Assembly: GCF_963921235.1 (NCBI RefSeq)
Contig: NC_086118.1
Coordinates: 30,008,001-30,072,000 of the forward strand
Reading direction: 5' to 3'
From: Mobula hypostoma
Lineage: Eukaryota
Length of the DNA: 64,000 bases
The position numbers and the translations under genes are program-made. Positions 48,372 through 62,420 of the stretch are shown here, in pieces. Every line of letters starts with the position of its first letter. Positions within the stretch are counted from its first letter, which is position 1. The notes under the pieces were generated by a model that worked only from the letters and a program-made list of their open reading frames with translations, did not search any database and had not been told where the DNA came from.

Positions 48372-49508
48372 AGCATAATGAGGGAGATAATAATAAGGGA
48401 GATTAAAAATCTAGCTGAATGATGTTATAACAAAAACCTTTTACTCAGTGTCAGAAAAACCAAGGAGCTGATTATAGACTTCAGGTGACAGAAACCAGAG
48501 ATCCATGAGCCAGTCTTCATTGGAAGATCAGAGGTGGAGAAGGTCAGCATATTTAAAATTCCTGGGACCAGCACCCAAGTGCAATTATGAAGAAAGCATG
48601 ACAGCTCCTCTACTTCCTTAGGAATTTGTGGAGATTAGGCATGACTTGTAAAACTTTGAAAAACATCTACGGATGTGTATGCAGAGTATGTTGACTGACT
48701 GAGCCCAAGGCATTATAGGAAAGTTACTGGCCTGGTTAGAGCATTGACTGATTAGTAGGAGGCTGCGAGTGGGAATAAAAGGATCATTTTCTGGTTGGCT
48801 GCCAGTGACTAGTGTTGTTCCACAGGGGTTGGTACTGGGACCGTTTCTTTTTATGCTGTATATCTATGATTTAGATGATGGAATAGATGGTTTTGTTGCC
48901 ACATTTGCAGATGATACAAAGATTGGTGAAGGGGCAGGTAGTGCTGAGGAAACAGGTAGGCTGCATATGTCTTAGACAGATTAGGAGAATGGGCAAGGCA
49001 GTGGCAAATGAAATACAATGTTGGAAAATGCATGGTCATGCACTTTGGTAGTAGAAATAAATGTGCAGACTATTTTCTAAATAGATAAAAAGCCTTAGGG
49101 CTCTCACCACCAGTTTCAGGCACAGTTACTACTCCTTAACCGTCAGGCTCTTGAACAAAAGGTAATAACTTCACTCAATTTCATTTCCTCCATCATTGAA
49201 ATTTTCCCACAAGTAATGAACTCACTTTCAAGGACACTTCATCTCAAGGTCTCAATATTTGTTGCTTATTTATTTATTTATATTATTTGTTTTCTTTTGT
49301 ATTTGTGCAGTATGTTGCTTCTGCACTCTGGTTGATCACCCTAGTTGGGCAGACTTTCATTGATTTTGTTATAGTTATTCTTCTACAGATTTATTTAGTA
49401 TGCCAGTATGCCCACAAGAAAATGAATCTCAGGGTTGTATATGGTGACATACTGTATATGTACGCTGATGATTAAATTGACTTTGAATTTTGAACTTGAA
49501 CTTTGAAC
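48372..49508 (+). mobile_element. Rex1-type LINE 3' part split by a CR1 RT fragment (48701-49085)
   Basis: KTKELIIDFR motif near 48457; CR1 PQGLVLGP/FADDTK at 48769-48975; (TTTGAAC)n tail. Confidence 0.85.
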
Positions 49509-51019
49509 TTAATGGCAGTGATTCAATGAAAACGTGGCCACATGCAACAGGGCCTGAATAACATCTGTGTTTGAACTAAAAGGCAACACATTTCTAGGAA
49601 ATGATTTGTTGATTTATGGCTCAAATATGAAAGTTGTTGATTCTTTTTACTTTGAAATATTTTAAAATATTGGCTAATTTTAGAACATTGTAGGGTATGG
49701 CCTAACAGCTATGTGTTCTTCAGTTATGTAAAAAATCAATTTCTAATAAGTCTTATATTCTGGTTTTACATAGCATCCCCTTTGTTCTCTATGAGATTAG
49801 AAATTATACTGAATAAACAATTGTCTAGAAGTAAATTGACAAATATTGATGTGCACTTTGCACACTTCAGATGGATTAGCAAAACAAAATTTATTGAAAG
49901 AAGTACTAAAAAGTGAGTTTGTATTGTGGTATTATTTTCCCAAGTGGTAAATAAGGTAAGATATATTGAATTCTTATTCCATAAAGTCTTGCCAATTCTA
50001 AAGCTGCTCTAAACTCTACTTTATAATAATATTGGAAGCAATCCTAAGATACTTGAAAGGATACAATTGACGGTCAATACAATACATCACATCAAGTATT
50101 CACATTATGTTTCAGGCCAATTAAAAGTTGAATTCTGAATAACTGAGACAAATGTATAAGGAAAATGTCCCAGGCATGGATCACAATCTGTGTTAACCAG
50201 AGAAGATGTTGTGCAATATGTTTGGCTTCAGTGGCTCTGGATTAGAAATTTTTAAAAAATACCCAAGAGTCCTGCTGGAGGACCATGCTGGTTATGCATC
50301 ACAGCCATAAGCAACAAGACTACTGCTTGTACTAACTTTCTGAAAATATTTTCCAGGAGGATGAAACACTGTCATTGCTTCTTTGCTGAACCGTGTGATT
50401 TGCTGAGAGACTTAAGAGTGAAGATGATATTTGGGGAAATAAATTAATCATTTGTGGTGTCTCAAAGTTGGTGGCAGTGAATCAGGAGCTGTCGTTACAC
50501 TCTACTTCTTTTTGTTGACATTCTTTCACCCGTGGAAAGTCACTTGTGCCTGCTGCCCCTCCCCGACCCCAGCCACCGGAGATCAGTATCTCAGGAAGCA
50601 TCCAGCATCATTAAACTTACATTGACTCACAGAAACTACAGCAATTACATGGCTTTATTTCAAGACAAACCCTACCTTCATTCTGCTTGGGTCTGATCAG
50701 ACTATTGGATGACTTCAGTATGACATCGCTTAACTTCCACCCTGCTGATTCAAGGATCTAAGTCAGCTTTCTGGTTCTCTTGCTGATTGCTGCATCACCG
50801 TAGCTGGAAACATTGAATTCAATATTTCCTGATATGCCTGAATTTCTTTCACTTTCATCCATAGCTATTACAATACCAGAGGACAAGAGATCACACTGGG
50901 TAGCTTTTGTTGACCTTCAAAAGGCATACAATACTGTCAGCAGGAATCATACTAATTAATTTCTATCTAAAATAAATCCATCATGCAAACTTCATAATGC
51001 AGTGAAGATAACCATACAT

Positions 51020-52910
51020 TAAGACCATAAGACATAGGAGCAGAATTAAGCCATTTGGCCCATCAAGTCTGCTTCGCTATTCCACCATGGCTGATTTATT
51101 AGCCCACTCAACCCCATTCTTCAGCCTTCTCCTCATAACCCTTGATGCCCTGACTAATTAATTACCTATCAACCACCTCTTCAAATATACTCAATGACTT
51201 GGCCTCCACAGCCATCTGCGGCAATGAATACCACATATTCACCACCTCCTGGCTAAAAAAAAATCCTCCTATTTTCAGTTCTAAATGGATGTGCTTTCTG
51301 GTCCTAGACAGGGCAATTATAGGAAACTTCCCCTTCATATCCACTATATCTAAGTCATTTAATATTCGATGGGTTTCAATGAGATCTCCCCTCATTCTTC
51401 TAAACTCCAGAGAGTAAAAGCACAGAGCCATTAAATGGTGCTCATACATTAACTCTTTCATTCCTGGAATCATTCTTGTGAATTTCCTCTGGGCTCTCTC
51501 CAATGCCAGCACATCTTTTCTTAGATAAAGTGTCCAAAACTGCTCACAATACTCCAAGTGCAATGCCTTATAAAACCTCAGCATTACATCTTTGTTCTTA
51601 TGAATGTTAACAATGCATTTGCCTCCCTTACCACTGACTCAACCTGCAAGTTAACCTTTAGGGATTTCTGCACAAGGATTCCCATGTCCCTTTGCACCTC
51701 CAATTTCTGAATTTTCTCCCTATTTAGAAAATAGTCTATGCTCCTAATCCTCCTTTCAAAGTACATTACTGTACAATTCCCCATATTATATTCCATCTGC
51801 CACTTCTTTTCCCATTGTCCCAATCTGTCTGCCCTTCTGCAGACTTCGTGCTTCCCCAACTCTACCTGCGCCCCCCCCCCCCAACTATCTTCATATCATT
51901 TGCAAATCTGGCCACAAAGCCATTAATTCCATCATCCAAATCATTGATATGTAATGTGAAAAGAAGCGGTCTCAATACCAACTCTTGTGGAACACCACTA
52001 GTCACCGGCAGCCAATCAGAATAGACCCCTTTTATTCCTGCTCTTTTTCTTCTGCCAGTCAGCCAATTTTCTATGCATGCTAGAATCTTTCCTGTAATAC
52101 CATGGGCTCTTATCCTGTTAAGCAGCCTCACGTGTCAAAGGTATTTTGAAAATCCAATGATACAAATCCATTCATTCTCCTTTGCCTAATCTGCCTGTTA
52201 TTTTCTTAAGGAATTCCAACAGACTTTTCTGGCAAGGTTTTCCCTTAAGGAAACCATACTGACTTTGACCTACTTTATCATGTGCCTCCAAGTACCCTGA
52301 AACCTCATCCTTAATAATGGACTTTGACATCTTCCCAACCACTGGAGTCAGGGTAACTGGCCTATAATTTCCTTTCCTCTGCCTTTCTTAAAGAGTGCAG
52401 TGACATTTACAAATTTCTCGGAATCATTCCAGAATCTAGTGATTCTTGAAAGATCATTACTAATGCCTCCACAATATCTTCAGTTACCTCTTTCAGAACC
52501 CTGGGGTGTAGGCCATCCCATCCAGTTGACTTATCCACCTTCAGAACTTTCAGTTTCCCAAGTACCTTCTTTCTAGTAATAGCAATTACGCCCCTGGACA
52601 CACTCATAATTTCTGGACTACTGCTAGTGCCTTCTACAGTGAAGACTGACACAAAATACTCATTAAGTTTATCTGCAGTTTCTTTGTCCCCTAATTACTT
52701 TCACTCCACTGTCCTTTCTCTCTCTTACTCTTTCTCTATCTGAAAAAGCTTTTGGTATCCTCTTTTATATTATTGGCGAGCTTACCTTCATATGTCATCT
52801 TTTCTCTCCTTATGGCTTTTTAATTGCCTTCTGTTGGTTTTTAAAAGCTTCCAATCCTCTAATTTCCCACTAATTTTTGCTATATTATATGTCCTCTCTT
52901 TTGTTTTTAC
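51020..52910 (-). mobile_element. CR1/HER1 LINE, 5'-truncated
   Basis: ORFs 51162-51584, 51584-51859, 51862-52131 and 52407-52652 are all CR1 ORF2. Confidence 0.95.
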
Positions 52911-53018
52911 AGAATAAAACTTCGATGAAATTTAAAGTAAAGTTACGTCCCAGGCCCAAAGGCTTTAGTGTCTTCTTCTCTGTTCTTCAGTATGCTTTTG
53001 GACATGATCAACCTAGAG

Positions 53019-55224
53019 AAGCCTTTCTCAATATTTTTTCCCTGGAGGAACCCTTGAAATAATTTTCAGGTCTCAGGGAACCCCTGCATAAAAATCATTA
53101 TAGGTGATCAGTAAGTTGGAGATATAATAATCTAACAATAATTATTAATGCTCTTTTGAGTAGAGAATGAACTTTTAGCCAACCTTTCTTGAAAAAAAGA
53201 GAGTTAAGCTTAGATTACCTTTCTTAGTGTTCGGCACGTGGCCAAGTGGTTAAGGGGTTTGTCTAGTGATCTCAAGGTTGCTAGTTCGAGCCTCAGCTGT
53301 GGCAGTGTGCTTGCGCCCTTGAACAAGGCACCTAACCACACATTGCTCTAGTCTGTGCGAGGAGTGGCGCCCCACACAGACTTCCAAACTGCGCCTTGTA
53401 AGGCATGAAAATGTCCGACACAGGCCTCTCATGGTCTGAGTTGACGCTCCCTCCCCCCCGACCTTTCTTGAAATGAATTTCTTCCTTTCCCTTTCAGAAA
53501 TTTTAAAAACTCATAAGGCAAAACATAATGCATTTCTCAATTCTGGGTTGAACTTGAAATAAGCACACATGGATTTCACTTTCAATTGAAATGGGCCGAT
53601 TTCTATCTTTGCTCTCGAAGTTTGTTAAACAAGAAGAAGCTTGCTCACACATATAAGAAACTGAAAATTGCAGCAAAATGTTCATTGCTTTCCTATGAAT
53701 GGCAGGATACTCTGCTTTCACAGAAATCCAGTACTTGTCCAGGGGCATGTCAGTAAATCTCACCTTGAGCGCGTGATCAGAGTGCAGCTCACAAAGTTCT
53801 TCTTCTTTTAAAGTCAAGTTCTTGGGCCGAGCAGAAGATCCAGAGAAAGGGTCCCTCACCCAGCCATACACTTGTGTTGAAAGGGAGGAAAAATATGGTT
53901 CAACTTTGTTTTGTAGTTCTTTCATGTAATTTTAATAAAACTCAAGACATTCTGATATCCTTCCTGATTCCCAAGCCCAAGAAGCAGTGGAAACATTTCA
54001 AAATTCCCTTTTGCAACAGGAATTTTCCAGAGTCAGTTTCCTTTTAAATCCAATAATCTTGTCACTTGAAGTCAAAACATTTTCTCCAGGGCCTTACTAA
54101 CTAGGCTAGGTACTGCAACCATTCTTCATCTTCAAAGCACACAGCAAAATCTGGCCTACCGTTTTTTTGCAACTACTCCTAGAATTCACTTTTCAACTCA
54201 AATACCCTGTTGAGAACTCTTCCTCTGCTAAGCCACCAGATTTCTGTATGTAGGGGGAGACTGGTGTGCTCTTTGTCCAAGTTTTCACACAGTTTTTAAA
54301 ACATTCTGTAGTGAACTGGTCTTAAAGCCACTAAATAACTTGCTTCCTGAATCCCTTTGCTGACTGTGATTTTATTTTCAAGGGAGTTAATCTGTTTGTT
54401 TTGAGATTGTAATAGCTGTTTAAAATATTCAGCACTTTTATGTGTCATATAGCTGTGATTTGTAGTTAAATGTCTTTTCAATTTTGCTGGAACCATTGTG
54501 ATATTTGTAAGTTGTTTGCCACAGACTAGGCACAATGGAATAGGGCAACCTGGATCACCAATCCGCGTAAAACCCATTTGATAAGTAGCTGTCATTGTAA
54601 AGATGGACTTTTTTGTGTCTGTTGTTGCACTGGTGCAGTGAAATGACTCAGAAGATTGTAATTCTTCATCAGTAACCTTATCAGATTTGTCCATAGGCCT
54701 AGGCCTAGAATCCTCCTCTTCCATCTCACAGCTTCTCTTCAAAAATCACGACACTGGACTGTCCTTAGAATGAAAATTTCCCTCCAATTTTCTACTAGAT
54801 TGGTAGTTGTTCACTCCCATAAGTCAGTTGGCTGCATGTAAAGGGAAGTTGTAGGAGGTAATTCAGGAGGGAGAGGCTGATGTCACAGCCCAAGATGAGC
54901 GAGCCCAGTCAACGCTCAGAAAATGCACTTCAGGCTCCTTGTCAGCCTATCATCCTCCCCTCCATGCAATACAGCATTCACCAATTATCAGCGACCTCAC
55001 CTATCCCTATGGACTCAGCCAAATGGTCCTTCTGTGCACTGCCACACTGGACTGAGAGACCTCCAATGAGATTGCCAGTGGAGCTGCACGGTCACTGCCC
55101 GAGCACTAGCGCTGTGTGCTGCCCGAAGTTCAAAAGCGATGGTTTGTTCATAATCTCTTGCGAAATCCCTAGCAACCTCTCAAGGAACCCTAGGGTTCCA
55201 CGGAACCCCAGTTGAGAATCCCTG
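53019..55224 (-). mobile_element. hAT Buster/Charlie transposon, internally deleted, both ends present
   Basis: TIRs aagcctttctcaa / ttgagaatccctg; 8-bp TSD acctagag/acctggag (53011-53018, 55225-55232); BED finger (PLCLVCGKQL...KLKRHL) at 54296-54742; dimerisation domain (LLQFSVSYMCEQASS) at 53503-53925. Confidence 0.92.
53226..53460 (+). mobile_element. tRNA-derived SINE inside the hAT element
   Basis: ggcacgtggccaagtggttaagg A-box, agttcgagcc B-box; TSD acctttctt (53217-53225, 53461-53469). Confidence 0.88.
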
Positions 55225-57094
55225 ACCTGGAGTATCTGTTGAAACAAATACAGATGGTGATTTTTTTTTTAAACATCATATGGTCTCAAGGCCGAAAGAC
55301 TTTATGAGACTCCACATCTTTTGCTTATAAAATCTATGTTTATATGAGCTCATTTTTTGGGAAATGAATTGAAGTTGATCATACTGGATCGTCTTTTTCT
55401 AAGAGCAAATATTGTAATGATTACTAAATTGTTACCCCACAGTAACATTTTCAACAGGCAATACAATCTTTTGAAACTACCTCACCTGTTTCCTGAGGAT
55501 CTGTATTATAAATCAGAAAACTTATCTATATTTGAATGTTTGCAATTATTTCATCTTCAGTTTATGAATTTGTGTGATGTACTAATACAAGATATTCTAC
55601 CATACACTCTGACTTTCCATAATTTCATTCTGATTTTAGCAATGCTTTCCGTTTGTGGTCCATTAAGTTTACTTTAGCTATGTTTGTTGAGCAATTTTAC
55701 CAAAGTTCCAAATAAGAAACAGGCAGTTAATTTATGCACATAACTGGTATTTGAGAAACTAATGAGCAATTCACTAGGAAACTAAATTTAAGATTATACT
55801 ACAGTATTCTTTGCAAGCATATATCGTGGTCTCTACAGTGAGTGGCAACTCCATTCCATCAACACATACATGAATCACACGTAAATATAAACAATAATAG
55901 CTTGCATAGTAGAATTCATTTCTAGCTCATGAAAATCAGACAGATATGTTCAGATTTTTCTAACAAATTTTACACTTCGTGCTTTAAACCTGAAATATAC
56001 AGTAGTTATCTATGATATCTATGTATAGATATATGATTATATTATTAATATATGTACTTCCTTAAACTAAGAATACAAGCAATATACAAAGTATTTTCCT
56101 ATTTTTTTGTTCCTTTGATGGACTCAGTAATGACATACCTTTACCTGTTTAGTATTCTGAAATTCTTCCAATGACCAGTTTGTTTGATGTCTAAGCAGGC
56201 AGTGAGAATTGAAATTGCAAAGCAAGTAGCTGATAACTGATGTGATCAACAATTTAAATAGAGGTAAAATGCTTTTGAGTTCCATAATAAAGAATTATAT
56301 GAAACCTGTCTATTTCTGCAGCTGTATTACAATTCTTAAGATGCCCAGGTTTTCCAAGTGCTTATTAACTCTTTTCCGGACTTAGTCTAAACACATTAAC
56401 AGAACTTGAATGTTCATGTTGAAAGGAGGCAGTTTATGATTTAATTGGTTTGATTTTAAAAAAATGTTTTTAATCCCAATACTTGACAAGTGCAGTTTAC
56501 AATAACAGATGCTGAAACATTTGAAAAGGGCAGAAGAATAATCTGGTTGCTTTAGATTAGCATGGAAATAACTGCTTAAACTCATGTACTGACAATACAA
56601 GAACTGGGAACTACTTTGCTTAGGGTCTTAGATTAGAATTCCCCTCATTTTCATAACAGTCTTGCACCAGTATAAATAAACTCCTTAGAATATTGCATTT
56701 AGAAAGAAGTGAAGTTGGTAGTAAGTATTAGCTCAGCCTATTGAAATGTGCATTATACTTGAGGATAGAATACCTTCTGCTCATGAGATTGGTAACTTAG
56801 TTTGAAAGCATTAGTATTCCTTCTCAGTAATCCTAGATGGCGAGTGTTAGCAGGTTATCTAACTGTATAATAAAACAATGAAAAAAGGATTGTTAGAGGT
56901 TTAGTAAGATCCTGAGCTCCATTGGCTACATCTGATTTTGAACCATGAACAGCTTTGTTCTAAGAATGGATGGCTTTGCCATCTGTTGCAAGGATGTTTT
57001 CAAGTAACCTCCAAAAATGACTTTGTTTATAACAAGCCAATCAAACTGCACCACCTCATGTCCTGAAGGCTTATACATGTCATTATGGTCAATA

Positions 57095-57516
57095 GAGTCA
57101 CAGAGTTATAGAGAAGTACAACACAGAAACGGGCCCTTTAGCCCATCTAGTCTGTGCCGAGACATTTAAGCTGCCAACTCCAGTCGACCTGCACCCCAGC
57201 CATCTACATACCTATCCAAACATCCCCTAAGTATTGAAATCGAGTTTGCATGCACCAGGCAGCTCATTCCACACTCTCACAACCCTCGGAGTGAAGAAGT
57301 TCCCCTCATATTCCCCTTAAACTATTCACTTTTCACCCTTAACCTATGACCTCTAGTCGTAGTCCCACCCAAAGTCAGTGGAAATAAGCCTGTTTACATT
57401 TACCGTAACTATACCCTTCATAATTTTGTATACCTCTATCAAATCTCCTCTCAATCTTCTACATTCCTAACCTATTCAATCTTTCCATATAACTCAGGTC
57501 CTCCAGACCCGGCTAC
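57095..57516 (-). mobile_element. CR1 3' fragment
   Basis: Matches the 3' UTR and ORF2 end of 21830-22290. Confidence 0.85.
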
Positions 57517-58308
57517 TGTGTCTGTGTAACTAGATATTGGTTAAATAAAGAACGCACGCAGGAGATGTCTTGAACTGGTGTATTCACACTGCAGCGAGAG
57601 AGAGAGAGAGAGAACAATGCACATGTGTAGATAACAAATCAATATACATGAGCAGACAACAGTTCATGTGTATTGCTAAGGGGAGTCATTGGTCTAAGGA
57701 AATAGATCCATACATTACGCTTCCACACCCTTTATATTAATGTAATATAAGACTGTATACAGTATGTACAAAACATTCAATTTCTCTTTCATAAAGCCAT
57801 ATTCAAATAAACATGTTTTCACAATAACAGTCCATAACTAATTTCACAGCTCTAAAGGTTCAGTCTTTTGGGTGGCGCACTGTTTCTTTCAGGATAGTGC
57901 CTCTGGACCGGTGAAGTGATATCAGGTTTGGCAGGTGTCTTGTCAATGATACTGTTCTCGGTTGCTGGTGTCACGTTGCTATCAGTGACATGATCATCAT
58001 TGAGAGGTAAGTCTGGTGATTGTAATGTGTCCGTCTGGTTGGATACAATTGACTCAGCTGTGGTCTTTGGTTGAGCATCCAGTATCTGGTCCACATGATA
58101 TCTCTACGCCTGATCTTCAACATCCACTGTGTACATCAGTGGTCCAGTTCTTGTAGCTGTCCCACTGGGTGTCTACCGGTCTTCTCAGTAATCTCGCACT
58201 AGGGCTTCCTGTCCAACCTCAAAGCTCCTTGCTGCTTCACTTGGCAGCTGCTTATTCTGCACTTCCCTCTGTAAATCTGGTTTCAGGAGGTCTATGCAAG
58301 ATCTCAGT
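57517..58308 (-). mobile_element. Gypsy 3' end: LTR (57517-57719), PPT, integrase C-terminus
   Basis: ORF 57852-58094 ends RHYPERNSAPPKRLNL; upstream GPLMYTV and DLLKPDL motifs; PPT-like cttccacaccctt next to the LTR. Confidence 0.8.
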
Positions 58309-58565
58309 TTTAAGGTGATTGGAAGTAGGTACAGAGGTAGTTTTTTTTATGCAGAGAGTGGTGAGTACGTGGAATGGGCTGCCAGCAATGGTGGTGGAGG
58401 CAGATACAATAGCTTCTTCTACGAGACTCCAGGATGGATAGGTACATGGAGCTTAGAAAAATAGAGGGCTGTGGTAACCTGAGGTAATTTCTAAAGTAAG
58501 TACATGTTCGGCAGAGCATTGCGGGCCAAAGTGCCTGTATTGTGCTGTAGGTTTTATATGTTTTC
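58309..58565 (+). mobile_element. CR1 3' end
   Basis: Near-identical to 16727-16990. Confidence 0.9.
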
Positions 58566-59160
58566 ATCCACCCTAACAGTATCCAAAGTGGTATAATTGT
58601 TGTTGTGGGGGATGGCCTCAGGGTTACTCGGCAATGGCTGTTTAAACTGTTTCACCTTTCTGACTTCATCCAGCTTTCAGTGTCCTGCACCTTGGCTGTA
58701 ACTATCTCTCTATATGTCCCATCTATTACCCCCTCAGCTTCCAAAATGGTCTAAAGTTCATCCAGTTTCAGCTCAAACTCCTTAACACTGAGTGTTAGAA
58801 GCTGCATCTGGATGCACTTCCTGTAGCTGTAGTCCTCAGGGAGACTGGAGGGCTTCCTGCCTTCCCACATCCTGCAAGAGGAGCATTCCTTAATCCTGCC
58901 TGCCATTTCTACTGTTCCCATTTGAGCAACTATAAAGAAGGAAAAACAATAAACTAGGAAAAGGGAAACTCTACCTACAGCTTTTTCTTGCCTTCTCTGG
59001 CTGAAGCCTCTCCTTGCTGAATCCTTGGAGAGCTAAAGCCTCAAAATCTCCACTCAAACAGTGCCCCTGCCTTACTTTAACTAGTTCCTGCCAATCAATC
59101 TCAAAAGCCGATTGGGTGCTGCTCAAAGCTCCAATGTGCCATGCGTCGCTTCCCTTTCTA
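58566..59160 (-). mobile_element. CR1 ORF1 N-terminal and 5' UTR fragment
   Basis: Homologous to 25420-25615 and 27590-27900 (aaagttcatccagtttcagctc; CSSCRMWE motif). Confidence 0.75.
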
Positions 59161-60348
59161 CTCAACTGGCAAACCTGAGTGAACTACATCTTCTCAGGCT
59201 CAATATTTCTACTTCCCTTTCCACAAAAGGGCAAATAACTTATATATGTTTAACTTAGCCTAAATCCACTGCAGTGCTTCATTTAGGAAAACACAAGGAA
59301 TTCTTAATGGTGGTCAAGTGATCTTCTGAGCAGCCCATTCAATTCCTCCTTTGAAGCATCAGCAATGCACCAGGTCTGAGAAGTGATTCCTTCTGGAGTG
59401 GAGCACATGCAAGTTGTACAACTGTATGGATGTTTATAAGCATTGACAAAGACTGCTGAATCCTTAAGATTATGATTCGGGTTAATATTTAAAACTGTGA
59501 TGGCGTTAGATAGTTCAGTAGGGGGTGGAAGGTACAGGTTTGGTGTCCATTAGAATCATGCTAGAAGCACAAAAAATGGTATATTGCATGGCGAACTAGA
59601 CATTATAGTCAGCATCTCAATGGTTGAAGTTCAACTTAACATCTTCAATGTCTGTATTGCTGGAATATGGGTCTACATAAGGCATGAGAGGCATATATGG
59701 CAGTAATTAGTGTCAAATTGCATCAAGATATTTGCATTTATTGATGTTTTACTTTAGTTGTTTTGTACTTACTGTAAATACCTTTGCCTATTGGAATGCT
59801 GTAGTGATACGTAAAGCTCTGGCCTTGGTTGTCATCTCCCATTGGTGTGTTATATTGTAGTCTTATGGAGAGACTATCCTACAATACCATGGAGAGTATT
59901 CATCATTATAACAACTTCACTCAGCAGCATGTCCATTTTGGCAAACTTCAAACAAACCCTCTATCACAGCACATCTTACCATTTGTTAGAAGATCTAGAC
60001 TGTTTCAATTTCCTCTGCCAGCTCATTAAATACCTCTCCATACAGATTTTGCAAACACTGATAACTATTGAAAAACTATTTAAAATCCTTTTGTGAGAAA
60101 TAAATTATTATTCTTTGCCAGTAAACATTTGCCTTTGAGAATGTACCTGTTCAATATTTTTCTGCAGCTCTTTACCTGTTGGATAAGATACCTATACATC
60201 GGTTATTTTACCTCCATCTGGAACAATGCACATATGGAGTGAATTCTAACTGTGTTGCTTACAGAACTCTCAAAATTGCACCATGTCTGATATCCGCTAC
60301 CTACATGAACTGATGTGCTGTATTTTATTCCCTTCTTTTCTTCCGCAG

Positions 60349-60369
60349 AAACTTGACCATCTCCCTAAG
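60349..60369 (+). other. Candidate 21-nt micro-exon (KLDHLPK in phase 0); gene unknown
   Basis: Strong acceptor ttattcccttcttttcttccgcag, weak donor AAG|gtttag, frame-preserving length. No homology recognised. Confidence 0.2.
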
Positions 60370-60521
60370 GTTTAGGAATGGTCTAACAAAGTGTCAGACA
60401 TTATATTTCCTCTACACAATATGAAGTTCCATTTGTCTTGTACCTCAGCATGGCTTAAGAAAAGAGCAGACTTTCATTCCCATGTCCCATTATCGATCCA
60501 TCCAAGGAAGTTGTAAATATG

Positions 60522-61176
60522 CATTCAATGGTCACTGCGAGTATGTTCATGGTATAGCCATCTATTTCTAGAAAACTAGGAAACTGGTGTAGACATTTCT
60601 ATGTGTGACTGTACTGATTATGACTGGCATTGGCAATAGTTGTGTACCTAATGATCTCTTGGGTCATACATAGAGTGAAGGTAAGTTGGCACTGGCTGGT
60701 TGTTGGCCATTTATATATTTGAGCAATTCACATCGACATGCTCTTCTGCACACCATTGTTATAACACGAGGTGATTTGAGTTACTGTTGCTTTCCTGTCT
60801 GCTTGAACTAGTCTGGCCACTCTCCTCTGACCTCTCTCATTAACAAGATATTTCCACCCACAAAACTGCTGTTCACTGGATTTTTTTTTTGTTTTTTGCA
60901 CTGTTTTCTGTAACCTGTTGTGCACGAAAGTCCCAAGAGATCAGCAGTTTCTGAGATACCAAAACCACTCTATCTGGCACCAGCGATCATTCAATGGTCA
61001 AAGTCACTTGGATCACATATCTTCCCTATATTGATGTTTGTTGTGAACAACAACTGAACCACTTGATCATGTCTGCATGCTTTTAGCCATTGAGTTGCTG
61101 CTACCAGATTGGCTGATTCGATATTTGCCTTGTTGAGCAGGTGTATAGGAGTACCTAATAAAGTGGCCATTGAGTG
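60522..61176 (-). mobile_element. Tc1 transposon deletion derivative
   Basis: TIRs cattcaatggtcact / agtggccattgagtg|TA; ORF 60728-60925 LVNERGQRRVARLVQADRKATVTQIT is a Tc1 HTH region. Confidence 0.85.
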
Positions 61177-61689
61177 TATAATATATCAAATACTAGAAAT
61201 ACACAGCAAACTTTCTGCACTTTGAAATTTAATAAGCCAATCAACGTTTTGAGTATGGTGTCAGGAAACTTTTGAAACTATGTATCATGAAACATTATCT
61301 GAAATTGATGACACAGCTTGTATTAGCATGGGGGAATTTTAATTTGGAAACTTTGAAATCAAGATACTCTTCTATACTGAGGAGGTCTAACTTCCCAGCA
61401 TGCATCTTTCTCTCAATGTAAGTTCTTTCACTGCAAGCCAGATGAATGAGGTACTTGGTTCCGTTTAAGCATGAGAGCTCTTCAGAGCATTGATCTGGTT
61501 GGGTTTGGATCGTGAATGTGGGGGTTAGATCCTAGGGTTGGTTTTGGGTGCTGGGGAGGGTGGGGATGGGAACCTCAATCTTGATTTCTAATTCCCAATC
61601 AACGCAATGCTAGTTAGACCCTTAAACTGGTGTGTGTATGTGTGTGGGGTGAAGCCCAATAACAGGTAAGAAGGTGGCTGAAAGATAAA

Positions 61690-62420
61690 TGATACTGCAG
61701 ATTTTGGAAACTGGAGCAACAATCTGCTGGCTCGAGGAGCATCTATGTGGAGTGAAGAATTGACAATCTTGCATCACGATTGAGTGGTGAGGTAGAGAGC
61801 AGAGAGGGAGTTGTGGGAGGAGGGCTGGTGGACCAAGGGTGGATGAAGGATGATGGGCAGTTAGGGGAGGAAGAGTGCTGGGGTTCTGAGACACAGGTAG
61901 GTGGACGAAAAATGATTGCAGACAAAAGAAAAAGGCAGATAGAGATAGCCAGGAGGGTGGGATAAGCAGGAACACAAATGCTTCCAGTGCAGGAAACTGA
62001 TAAGTGAGGAAGGTTTTAATGGGTATCACTGGAAAAGCAATAGGCGGAAGGAACCAGATAAGAGAAAGGGGAATCTGGTGGGTAAAATATGTGAGCAGTA
62101 GGTGGATAGAACCAGAAGGTGGAGGGAGAATGAAAATGGATGATAGGAAACAAAGGATAGAAGAAAGGGATGAAAATGGGAGGTCTGGGGTTGGATAGCA
62201 ATTAGATAGAGTGGACTGGATGTGGCACCACAGGTGTAGGTAACCCAAAACTGCAAAATACAATATTTATAATATTGGGTTGTTGACTGCCAAGGCAGAA
62301 TGATAGGTGTTGATTCTCTAGTTTGAGTTTGGTCTTATGCTGGCAGTGGAGAAAGCCAAGGATGAACAGATTAGTATGAGAATAGGAAGGGGAGTTGAAA
62401 TGGCATGCAACTGAGCAAAT
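61690..62420 (-). mobile_element. Old Penelope-like 3' fragment
   Basis: ORF 62202-62447 VACHFNSPSYSH...KLENQHLSFCLGSQQP (GIY-YIG C-terminus) plus degenerate terminal repeat. Confidence 0.75.

Noticed and set aside
50895-50945. Exon reading AFVDLQKAYNTVSR
   Set aside because: Matches the RTE RT motif (AFxDLxKAFDxVxR): a tiny LINE relic.
53503-54742. ZBED5/ZBED8/FAM200-like domesticated transposase gene
   Set aside because: Flanked by TIRs and an 8-bp TSD, frameshifted, with the catalytic middle deleted: a transposon relic.
61622-62263. 213-aa minus-strand ORF
   Set aside because: Low-complexity Pro/Ser/Leu frame arising from the pyrimidine-rich Penelope UTR.
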